The position numbers were made by a program, and so were the translations under genes. A stretch of DNA of 35,107 nucleotides. Origin: Thraustochytrium aureum (lineage: Eukaryota). The DNA lies in contig BLSG01000076.1 of NCBI GenBank assembly GCA_012862495.1, forward strand, positions 1 through 35,107, in the 5' to 3' direction. Numbering within the stretch: the first letter of the stretch is position 1; the number at the start of each line of letters is the position of its first letter. A model generated the notes under the pieces. It was not told the origin of the DNA. It was given only the letters and a program-made list of their open reading frames with translations, and did no database searches. Shown here piece after piece: positions 10,210 to 20,278 of the stretch.

Positions 10210-11983
10210 AATCCAGGGCGAGCACGCCCCGATGCGCAGGGACCGTGGAGCGTTTTGCGCGCGGCAGGGCCCTGGTTTCTCAGGACGCAGAAGCTGAAGA
10301 ACAAGCAGGCAAAAGCTTGCGGGCAGGCATTTAATTAATCGCAGCTAACTCGAGATTCAAGCGTTTTCACTGAGGGCGGCCGTGGCATCAGGCTGCCGGA
10401 ACAGACTCTCTAGCTAGCTAGAGCAGTGGACATTCGATTCGTCCCAAGCGTCGTCTAGCTCTCAAGCTCTCAAGCTCGAGAGACCTAAAAGCTCTAGCTG
10501 GCGGCCGCCCTGAGCAAACCACGCAGGCCCCGGCGCAGGGCGGCGGCTGCGCTGCCCGCGATCAGCAAATGCCCCGCGACGCACGAATGCTAGCTAGCGA
10601 CTCTAGTTGAGCCACTTGTTGAGGCAGGCGTCGTTGCAGCAAAGGAAAATGAGCGACATGTCGTCGCCCTTGCCTCCAGAACGTGACATGAAGAACACAG
10701 CCTCCTTGCCTTTGCACTTGGGGCATTTCGTGTCAAATGTTCGGGGTAGTGTTGGGTCGCGAGCCTAGTGCAGCACGAAGGAGCGTCGTTAGCAAGCCGG
10801 GGCGTTGGACGCACGCACAAGCGTCAATAGTCGCAAGGGCGCGAACGTACCAGGTCAGTGTCCACGAGGTCGAGGCGCGTGGCTGAGTCTTTCTTGAGTT
10901 TGTTCACATAAATATACGGGTCAGTCGCTTCCGACTCGTGGTTGCACATCTTGCACTTTAGCNNNNNNNNNNNNNNNNNNNNNNNNNNNNNNNNNNNNNN
11001 NNNNNNNNNNNNNNNNNNNNNNNNNNNNNNNNNNNNNNNNNNNNNNNNNNNNNNNNNNNAAGTTGCTGCGTCGTTCCGCCGCGTCCGTCAGCCACGCCTC
11101 GACCCGTCCGCAGCCACCGCAGCCATCCCAGACCCGCGCGCGCGGAGTCCGGCCGCAGCCACGGCGCTGCAGAGTCGCCGTCCACCACTCACCATTCTGG
11201 GCAAAAGTTGATCGCCGCCATCCTGCAGCACGGCCTCGCGGTCGGCGCGCTCCCTCGCTCGACAACCAACGCACAGGCGCACCGCTACCGGCGCCGCAGG
11301 TCCAGCCGCTTCCGCCCGCGACGCTCCGGGAGTCTGTGCGCGTTGGGGGACTGCCAGTCTGCCACACTCCACAACGGTGTTGGCCGTCATGTTCCTGCGC
11401 TCGTCACTTCTGGACAGAAGAGCTTGGAACAACAGCGAGTTGATCGAGGATGAGTACCCATCAGCACATCCTCGAGAACGCTGCTTTGGCCTACGATGCC
11501 CCGAGTAGGTACGTACTGACTGAGCACTGGGGCGAGCCCAGCATGGACAGAGCCGTGCTCGAGTTGGCCTTGGTCGAGGTCCTGGGCGGCCGGCTGGTGG
11601 CGTCTGCGTCGGGGCTTGGCGCGGATGCATGCCAAAGCGCTCGCTCGAGCACGCAGACGCGCACGCGTGCTTGTGCATGTGATGTGCTCCCTCGTAGGCG
11701 CGCACGCGTGGATGTGATGAGCTCGCACGCAAGCCAAGAATCATCGCTTGGGCGAAACGCTTGCTTTTTCTTTTCTTTTTTCTTCTATCATCGCTCTGGA
11801 GACGACCAGGACGTCAAGGGTTGACGAGAAGGGCGCCGGAGGCCGTGGAACTCGCGTGCAGAGCAGTCGTTAGCGAGCGAGGAGAAGGCGCGGGCTGCTT
11901 CTCGCTCTTGAGCTCGCCAGCTCGAGAGTGGCGCCCAAGGTCGTGGATGTGCTTGTTCGGAAGCCGGACGGCACGTCGGCACT

Positions 11984-13294
11984 CTACGGGAGCTGGAAGC
12001 CTGGGGTCGACTTGGCGATGTCGAGCTCATCCTCGTCCATGTCGGCGTGAATGTCCGCGAAGAGCGGGGTCGAGCTGCGCAAGCCAGTGAGAGGTCAGCG
12101 AAAACTAAAACAGAAGCGCGCGCCGGCTGACGCCGAGGCGACGAGGCAAGCAAAGAAACGTACAGGTACCGCTCGGCGGTATCCGGGAGGATGGTCAGGA
12201 TAGTCGAGCCCTTGGGAGCCGTAGCGGCAACCTCGAGCGCAGTAGCCATCCCTGCACCGCCCGAGATTCCGGTGAAAATGCCCTCCTCGCGGGCGAGGCG
12301 GCGCGAAGTCTCGATCGCCTTGGCCGGGTCCACCTTGAGAACCTCGTCGTAGTGGCCCTTGGCGTTCTCGAGCACCTTTGAGATAAAGTCCGGGGTCCAG
12401 CCCTGGATGGGGTGTGGCTGAAAAGCGGGGTGCGTGGCGGCCGAGCTGCCGTCCGCCTGGCGCTCCTGGGGCTCGCCAGAAGTGAGCAGGGCAGCGCCAG
12501 ACGGCTCGGAAACGATGATCTTGGTGTTCGGGGACGCCGCCTTGATGACGCGCCCAGCGCCCTGGAGGGTGCCGCCCGTGCCGTAGCCGAGCACAAAGTA
12601 GTCGAGGCGCTTGCCCCCTAGCGCAAACGGAAAACGGAACCCGTCAGGTGTCCGCCTTCGCGCGCAGGTGCAGAAAAGGCAGGCGCAAACAAGCGACAAT
12701 AAACTTACCGAAGGCGCGGAGAATCTCCGGTCCGGTGGTCCTGGCATGGTAGTCGGCATTGGCCATGTTTTCAAACTGGCGCGACTGGAACCATCCATGC
12801 TCCTTGGCGAGCTCCTGGGCCTTCTTGACCATGCCCGTGCCCTTTCCGGAGGCCGGGGTGAGGATCACCTTGGCGCCGAGCATGCGCATGATGCGACGGC
12901 GCTCGACGCTAAACGTCTCGGCCATCGTGATCACACACGGGTAGCCCTTGGAGGCACAGACCATGGCCAGGGCGATGCCGGTGTTGCCCGAGGTGGCCTC
13001 GACGATGGTCTGCCCGGGCTTGAGCGCGCCAGACCGCTCGGCGTCCTCGATGACCCCGATCGCGAGCCTGTCCTTGACCGACGACAGCGGGTTGAAAAAC
13101 TCGCACTTGGCATACACCTCGACACCCTCTGGCGCCAGCTTCTTGACGCGCACGATCGGCGTGTTTCCAATCGTGTCCAGGATGGAGTCATACAGCTGCA
13201 TCGCCGGCTTGGACGAGTGAAACGCGCGCCGTCCGCTGGCCGCCGCCGCAGCAGCAGCCACCGCGCGCCCATTCGACCGAACCGAGAGCATCAT
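11984..13294 (-). CDS. cysK: Cysteine synthase / O-acetylserine(thiol)lyase, 376 aa, probable mitochondrial presequence; exons 13294-12709, 12617-12164, 12074-11984
   Basis: Motifs IGNTP, NPLSSVKDR (PLP lysine), EATSGNTG, GTGGT, HPIQG, EEGIFTGISGG and PDTAERYLSTPLF. Introns 12618-12708 (GTAAGT..CTGAC..TAG) and 12075-12163 (GTACGT..CTGAC..CAG) give a 1131-nt open frame. Confidence 0.96.
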
Positions 13295-13347
13295 CCTCAA
13301 CAACCAAAACCTGCGGGCCCTCCTCGAGCAAAAACCAACCAGCACAA

Positions 13348-13349
<2 letters not shown>

Positions 13350-13380
<31 letters not shown>

Positions 13381-13413
13381 GCTGCTGCTGCTGCTCTGCT
13401 GCTCTGCTGCTGC
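13350..13413. repeat. (CTG)n/(CAG)n microsatellite just upstream of the cysK start
   Basis: (CTG)10 at 13350-13379 followed by interrupted CTG units. Confidence 0.95.
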
Positions 13414-13822
13414 GCGAGATGGGCGGCTTGGGCGAGAATGCAAACAAACGTCGCCTGCACCAGTTTACAGCCTACCTTAGAGTAAGTACCTACTCCTTAC
13501 CGCTGATCCAAGGTGCGTGCGGGTTCCCTTGGCTCACATGCTGCGGGTCCCCTCTCCTCACAAACTATCCTGCACTTTGGCTGGATATCTTGGCGCTCTT
13601 CCCTCTCATAGATGTCGGCCTGAGTGTCAAGAGTGATGAAGCCTGCTTGCCAAAGACTCTTGCGGGGAGGAGGCGCGAAGGAAAGGGGAAGGGGCGCGAA
13701 GAGGCCAGTTGACGTTGCGAGACAGGGGATGGGCAGGCGATGACGTTTTGGAGACCCGCTAGAAGGAGGATAGTGGGGCGCTGGCGCGTTGGATGATTCG
13801 GGTGAGGTGGCGGGCGCAGGCG

Positions 13823-14092
13823 GCGTCTGGTTTTTTGAACAATGGCGGCTGATCCATCAATGGCTGAGCCATCAATGGCTGAGCCATCAATGGGTGCTTG
13901 GTGCAACTCTTGCTGCTCGCGGGCGATCGTCAACGCGTTTGTCAGAGGCTGCTTGTGCAACAGGCTGCGTCTGGGTTTGTTGAACAATGGCGGCTGATCC
14001 ATCAATGGCTGAGCCATCAATGGGTGCTTGGTGCAACTCTTGCTGCTCGGGGGCGAACGTCAACGCGTTTGTCGAGAGGCTGCTGGTGCAAC
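13823..14092. repeat. Two-copy tandem duplication (period ~144 bp) containing a 15-bp minisatellite CCATCAATGGCTGAG
   Basis: 13823-13961 and 13967-14092 are near-identical. CCATCAATGG starts at 13854, 13869 and 13884 (copy 1) and at 13999 and 14014 (copy 2). Confidence 0.93.
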
Positions 14093-14617
14093 TAAATGTC
14101 TCGATCCGTGGGTGATCGTCAACATGCAAGGCCGCCATCCGCCAGGCTGTTCTTTGCCAACTTCAGGCTTCGTTTGGTTGCCAGTCCGGTTGCGCCGGGA
14201 CTGGGCTGGGCCTCTTCAGCACGCGGCTTTCGTCGCGCGCAGAGAAGTGCCGTCACAGGACTGCCTAAGGAGGCAGCCGTATCATGTGCATGAGCGACTT
14301 CTCCGTGACGAGTCGAGTTGACGAGACGTGGGCGATGGATTGGTCATCGACGCGAAGAGCGCTCGCGGGATAGACGAGCGCGCCGGCAGTATCGGTCTCG
14401 GATTTTACTCTCGATCGGACGGCGTCGGCTGGTGTTGGTACTTGCCCGCGCTCGCGGCTGTCGGTCGCCCCGTTGTGATTCCGGCTGAGGCAAGAGGCGC
14501 TGGATTCCGCGGGCCGTCGGCACGGGGCGACGAGATGGTTTTGGCCGGCTGCGACGCTTACGGCTGCTACGTGAGGGCGGCAAGAAGTTGAAGCACGGGG
14601 CTGCGACCGAGGCAGCC

Positions 14618-14667
14618 TCAGCGGAACTCACTGGCTTGGAGGTCAGCGGAACTCACTGGCTTGGAGG
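14618..14667. repeat. Perfect 25-bp tandem duplication TCAGCGGAACTCACTGGCTTGGAGG
   Basis: Identical copies at 14618-14642 and 14643-14667. Confidence 0.95.
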
Positions 14668-15284
14668 ACGAGCCAGAGTTCCGCCCTGCGTCGCCCGGGC
14701 CCGCGCCGTCGCCACCTCCCGGCCCAGCGATCCCGGCTTGAGTGTCCAAAGCGAACGTGCGAGCTTGCGACGGAATGCCGCCAGCTTGGAGCGTCGCTCG
14801 GCGAGTGCTATGCCTCTTGGGCCGCGCACGCCCGCGTCACGCCAAACGCGCTGGCGCTTCACCGCAGCACTTGCGCCAGCGGTCGATCCAACGACTCTGC
14901 TTGCACACCAGCCACGTGCGAGGCAGTGCAGCGCCACCACTTGTNNNNNNNNNNNNNNNNNNNNNNNNNNNNNNNNNNNNNNNNNNNNNNNNNNNNNNNN
15001 NNNNNNNNNNNNNNNNNNNNNNNNNNNNNNNNNNNNNNNNNNNNNNNNNNNNNNNNNNNNNNNNNNNNNNNNNNNNNNNNNNNNNNNNNNNNNNNNNNNN
15101 NNNNNNNNNNNNNNNNNNNNNNNNNNNNNNNNNNNNNNNNNNNNNNNNNNNNNNNNNNNNNNNNNNNNNNNNNGATGCACACGATGCTGGAGGACAGGAT
15201 GGTCAACCAGTCCACTCCATCGCCGAAGCGCCGCCCTGCCTCGCAAGGACCAAAGGCAGGCAGGCCTCGCTAGACCGCAGCGGG

Positions 15285-16202
15285 ATGGCGGCGCCCTGGC
15301 TGTGGCGCAGTGTCTGCGGCAGCAAGGGCCGTGGGGGGCCAAGCACGTTGCTGGTCTGCGCGCATGCGAATGGGTTTTGCAAGGAGATGTGGCTGCCCAT
15401 CCTGGACCGACTGGGAGCTGCGCTCCAGCTGGAGGACGGCCGGATCGACGCGCTGTGCGTGGACCTCCCCGGCCACGGCAGCGGGCCGCCGCTGCAAGCG
15501 CCGCTGCAGCTGGAGACGTTTGGCCAGGCCGTGCTCGACCCGATGGATGATTTTGAGGGGAGCGGCGGCGGCGGCAGCAGCTACAGGAACTACGATGTCG
15601 TGATTGGCCTTGGCCACAGCGTCGGCGCGACGAGCCTGTTGTACGCCGAGTGGGCGCGGCCTGCGACGTTCAGCTCGATGTGCCTGGTCGAGCCGATCCT
15701 GTTCCCGCCCAACAGCCGCGGCGAGTTCCTGCGCACGGAAGACAACCCGTTGGCAGCGTTTACGCTCAAGCGCAAGGCCGAGTTCGCGTCGCGCGACGCG
15801 GCGCTGAGCAACTGGACAGGCAAAGGTGCTTTCAAACAATGGCGCCCGGAGATTCTGCGTCTTTTCGTGGACAGCGCGCTCCAGGAAACAGCGACGGGGA
15901 CGCTGAGGCTGCGGTGCGACCCCGTCGACGAGGCAGAGGTGTACAGGGTCGCGACACCCGTCTATGGTCACTTGGGCAAGATCCAGTGCCCTGTCACGGT
16001 GGTGAACGCCAATGTAGAGAGTGGTCACGTGAACGCCAAGCAGGCCGCGGAGACGTTTCGGGAGTACGGCAACCCGCGCAGTTTGGTGTTGCTGCCCAAC
16101 TGCACGCACTTTCTGCCGATGGAGCTCCCGGACGAGCTGGCCCGGCACGCCGCACTACATATTGCATGCGACATCGCTGCGGCGGTGCGGGCAAAGCTGT
16201 AG
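15285..16202 (+). CDS. Alpha/beta hydrolase (Abhydrolase_6-like) with C-terminal PTS1 -AKL, 305 aa
   Basis: HANGFCKEMW oxyanion region, DLPGHG, nucleophile elbow GHSVG, LVEPIL, catalytic His in THFLPME; the protein ends VRAKL-stop. The start is uncertain because of the upstream gap. Confidence 0.88.
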   Translation: MAAPWLWRSVCGSKGRGGPSTLLVCAHANGFCKEMWLPILDRLGAALQLEDGRIDALCVDLPGHGSGPPLQAPLQLETFGQAVLDPMDDFEGSGGGGSSYRNYDVVIGLGHSVGATSLLYAEWARPATFSSMCLVEPILFPPNSRGEFLRTEDNPLAAFTLKRKAEFASRDAALSNWTGKGAFKQWRPEILRLFVDSALQETATGTLRLRCDPVDEAEVYRVATPVYGHLGKIQCPVTVVNANVESGHVNAKQAAETFREYGNPRSLVLLPNCTHFLPMELPDELARHAALHIACDIAAAVRAKL

Positions 16203-16396
16203 GTAGCAAGTCAGCGACCGAGGCATCCGGCGATGCAGGCGGAGACGACTCGGCGAGGCAGCGCATCACCTAGGAAGGGCAGGCGCCGGCGGCAACGCCT
16301 GCTCGGGGTCGACTCGCCTAAAGCAAAACACAACTAAAATCTTTTCGAGTCAGTGACAAAACCCTCCTTAGCGCGAGGCCCGCCGGCGCGGCCGCG

Positions 16397-17792
16397 CTAA
16401 AAGCTCTGGGCAAAGCCGATCGCAGTTGGCGTGAGCGCAAACCCGAGCAGGCCACCGAGCAGGATGGCGAGCGGCACAAAGCAGTCGTAAAAGCGCACCA
16501 AAGAGCCCGTGAAGAAAAACACGGCGACGTCGGCCCAGCTGTCGACCGCCTTTTCGTAGAGCTGCGCGCAAGCAGCAACGATGAGCCCGATAGCAGCGGC
16601 GTTAACACCAGCGAGAAAGCACTTGAACCAGGCCACGCGGCGCACCGACATCCAAAATGGGAGAAAGGCGAGCACGAGGATGATGCCCGGCCCAAAGAGC
16701 CCCACCCCAAGCCGCAAAGGCGCCAGGGATGGCCTTGTAGATGGCGCCGAGGTAGGCGGAAAAGTTGAAGAGCGGGCCAGGCATGCTCGACACAAAGCCA
16801 AAGCCCTGGAAGAACTGGTCCTCCGATACCCAGCCCGGGTTGACAACCTCGGTAAGGAGCATCGGCAGCACGACCTGGCCGCCGCCGTAGATCACCGAGC
16901 CGATGCGGAAAAACGTCTCGAACACCAGAAAGAGGCTGTCCGACTCGAAAACGTCCAGGGCGCGGAGGGTGATCGAGGAAACTAGCACAGCGAGCCAGGT
17001 CGCGATCAGGGCCACGCCCATGGTCTTGGAGATGCCGATGTGGCGCAGGATTGAGTCGTTCTCGGCGGTCTCGGCTTCGGTAGGTGGCCTAAAGTAGTGC
17101 TCGAGCTGGCCGGGTCGTTTGGAGTGCAGCAGTGTGACGCAGCCGCCGATGATGAGGAAGACCGGGAAGGCGAGGCTGGCCCAGCGCGGGTTGATCACGC
17201 TGGCGTCAGCGGTGATAAGCACTGTCGCGAGGGTGCTTGCTGTGGTGATGCCAATCTTGATCTTTTGGACGAGCTGGTCTTGGTGCGCGCAGACCGTAGT
17301 GCCCAGGCTGTAGGCGGCCAAGAACACGAGCGAAGTCGCCGCTGGCGCGAGGCCGCGCAGGAAATCTGGAGTCTCACTAGCGTCCAAGTTGGTGCGCGCG
17401 ACCATCGCGATGACTACCAGAGCGACGAAAGACGGCAGGTTCCAGAGGACAAAGGCGAGCAGCCCGCCGCCAAGACCGGCGCGCGTGGCGCCGATCGACA
17501 CGACCATCTGCGTCGAGGTAGGCCCCGGGAGGCCCTGGCCGACGGCCATCAATTCGACAAACTTTTCCGTATCGAGCCACTTGCGCTTCTCCACGAACGC
17601 GTTCTGCAGGATTCCGATGTGCGCGGCGGGCCCGCCGAACGCGACCAGGCCCAGCGGCCAAAACGCAACCAGCACCTCGACCATTCGCGTCGACCAGGGC
17701 CGCAGCCCGCCGTCCGCTAGCAGTGCCGACCCGACGACCTGGCCGGCCTCCTCGTCGGCCGCCGGCGCGACGCGCTTGTCATCTTCCGCCAT
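16397..17792 (-). CDS. chrA: Chromate ion transporter (CHR family, two-domain), ~464 aa; one-base frameshift at 16705-16708
   Basis: N-domain LGLVAFGGPAAHIG and GQGLPGPTSTQ; C-domain IGSVIYGGGQVVLP and SMPGPLFNFSAYLG, then (other frame) VGLFGPGIIL..GVNAAAIGLI. Removing one G from TGGGGT restores the frame. Confidence 0.93.
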
Positions 17793-19162
17793 CTTTCCAC
17801 TTGGCGAGCTGGCACTTGGTCAGCGACTGTTTCTTTTGCGCTCGGCGACTGTCGTCAGGGCTTCGCCGGGCTCACACTTGGAGTTTGGGGTCTGCTGCTC
17901 GCTGACAGTACTCGAGTAGGCTATTCCCCAGTTCGCACTTGCCCAAAACTCCGCGAGCCTCCGCTCACTTTCCAAACGCTCAGTTCTCGCGCGCTCCTCG
18001 GGAGACTGCGGCCAGCCGAACCCCGCTCGTGCTGGTAAGACCACAAAAGCTGCAGTTCCGGCGTGCGAATGGAGGCCGCGCTTCTGGTGGCGCCGAGGCT
18101 GATGCGCCCATCGCGTGCAAACACATCGTCGACGGAAGGTCTGCGTCCTAGTGCGGACGCTTCATTGCCGCCAGTCTGCTGCCCGCCCGCAAAAACTGCG
18201 TGGCAGGCAGGCAGGCCCCTGTGAATGGAAGCAAGCAACTATCTGCCGCGAGCGGCAGCACAAGTGAAGGCTGGCAGTGAACGAGGAGATCGTCAGGATG
18301 GCAGGATGGTGTAAACTGCGGTTTTCGTTCCTGCTCGTCGTCAATTCGCCCAACACCAGACCTCGCTCAACGCCGAAGAAATAACTCGAGTGCAAGACAA
18401 GACAGGTCCCGTCTGCCGACACCAGTGTTTCACCGAGCTGACAGCGAGCAACGGGGAGTGTAGTGGGGATCACTCGAATCGAATCTTTGGGTGTGCGGGC
18501 GCAGTTCTGCGGCATAGGAGTACTTACTCTACAACAACATCGCGCGCAGGCGAGTGCGAAGCTGCTGGAGTTGCCTTCTGGCACGTCGCAATGAAACACA
18601 AGACTCCGCGCGCGAGAGCTCAACAAGCCCGTCAACGTGGAGCAAGTCGACCGGTTCTGTGGGTGGCACTCGCTCCTGCTCGCTCAACCGGCATCAATGG
18701 GCGTCCGTGGAGATGGGCGACGGAACGGTACTCGGCTTTCGTAGGATGCTCCTCCAAGTTGGTGAGTACTTAGGTAGCACGACCAACACCGCGTCTCGCG
18801 AAGGCCGCCGTGCTCAGAGCTCGCGAATGCACCGTCCAGCCCGGTGAAGGCCGCCGTCCTCGCGCAGGAGGCTCGCATGCACAGCGCCATCCAGTCCAAC
18901 GGTGCCCCGCCGAACTCGCTCGAACTCTATTCGACCATGCAAGCGCCGACACCCTCCAGCGCGGCCTGCTCGCAGAGCTGCAGGGGCCGGCCCGGCCGTT
19001 CAAAGCGGCGCTCCCGGGCGGCCCTCGTGGTCGTACTTTACGTGCTCTCGTGGCGCGGGCATGGGCGCCAACGGCCTCGTCGGACTCATCAATCAATCAA
19101 CCGATCGGCATGATCATCGCGCCAGTTTGGATGGCTTTTGTTTGATTCCAAGAAGCGGATGG

Positions 19163-19954
19163 ATGACGCCCGACGCGGCGGCTGCGCGAAGTGGCCAGGC
19201 CGGCCGGGGGCCAAGCCAAGGAAGCGGGAAGGAGGAGGACCACGATGGTGTTGTGGCCAGCAACGCTGCTGCTTTGGCGGCGGCGCGAAAGGGACCTCGG
19301 ATGTGGGAGCGGAGACTGGACGCCGCGCGGCAACGGATTGACGCACTTGAGGTCAAGCTCGAACACGCGCTCCAGCAACTGGAGGATGCGCAACAGGCTG
19401 CGAGGGTGGACCAAAGGCTGCTGCATATTGGTGTGATGGAGCGCGTGAGCGAGGCCGAGGCGCGCGTGGCGGAGCTGGAAATCCAAGTGACGCAAAGGCT
19501 GGTGCGTCGCGGGGACTCTCTTCAGACAGAAGTTGCCCTCGTCAAGCGCGACGTTAAGCTCTCGTTTGAAAGGCTACGGGAGAGCACGAACGAGGTCCTC
19601 GCGCGGCTTCAAAGCTTCGTGCAGGAGCGCGTTGGTGGAGCGCGGGACGCAGCAGCGGCCGACCTCGCGCAGGTTGACGAGCGTGCGCGGTCCATGTTCC
19701 TTGAAAACCACACCCGGCTCCTCGTCGCCGAAGAGGACGCGCGCGCGACCGGGGAGACGGTGATGGAGTGCAGGCAAGACATCAAGGCGCTGACGCAGCG
19801 CATGCTTGCCTCAGAGCGCCGCGTCGAGCAGCTCGAGCACGAAAACCGCAAGACCTCAGCGCAGGTCCAGGCCGCTTTGTCGCTCGTCGAGCGCACGCTC
19901 AAGCACCAAAGCGACGAGCACAGGCTGGACGCCCGAGCGCTCTACCGCAGTTGA
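19163..19954 (+). CDS. Hypothetical coiled-coil protein (~263 aa)
   Basis: Continuous E/Q/R/L/A-rich heptad-like sequence (RIDALEVKLEHALQQLEDAQQ, ERRVEQLEHENRK) with GC3-rich codons. The start codon is uncertain. Confidence 0.7.
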   Translation: MTPDAAAARSGQAGRGPSQGSGKEEDHDGVVASNAAALAAARKGPRMWERRLDAARQRIDALEVKLEHALQQLEDAQQAARVDQRLLHIGVMERVSEAEARVAELEIQVTQRLVRRGDSLQTEVALVKRDVKLSFERLRESTNEVLARLQSFVQERVGGARDAAAADLAQVDERARSMFLENHTRLLVAEEDARATGETVMECRQDIKALTQRMLASERRVEQLEHENRKTSAQVQAALSLVERTLKHQSDEHRLDARALYRS

Positions 19955-20278
19955 TCGGCAGGCAGCCCAGCCGAGCTACCCGCCTCTCGCTAGTTGCCAG
20001 AACACGTGAACCTAACAGCAAGCAGTTTGGCGCCTGCCCCTGCAGGTCGCGCACACCTTGCGACCGTGCAGGCCGCCGCTCCGCCAGCTCTGCGCGGGCC
20101 AGNNNNNNNNNNNNNNNNNNNNNNNNNNNNNNNNNNNNNNNNNNNNNNNNNNNNNNNNNNNNNNNNNNNNNNNNNNNNNNNNNNNNNNNNNNNNNNNNNN
20201 NNNNNNNNNNNNNNNNNNNNNNNNNNNNNNNNNNNNNNNNNNNNNNNNNNNNNNNNNNNNNNNNNGCACGCGGCGGGG

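Noticed and set aside
10330..10510. PacI/XhoI/NheI/NotI-like sites suggesting vector polylinker contamination
   Set aside because: The sites are scattered over ~180 bp in natural-looking sequence with no recognisable vector backbone.
11063..11824. Protein-like fragments (LIAAILQHGLAVG; HILENAALAYDAPSRYVLTEHWGEP)
   Set aside because: They lie in different frames next to a gap with no recognisable family; a gene relic is possible but unsupported.
13823..14092. CRISPR-like appearance of the palindromic repeats
   Set aside because: The units are directly abutting 15-mers without unique spacers, there are no cas genes, and the context is eukaryotic.
17900..19145. Possible gene or transposon relic upstream of chrA (e.g. 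ELARTLFDHASADTLQRGLLAELQG)
   Set aside because: Short discontinuous frames; no transposase/RT motif, terminal repeats or consistent splice model.
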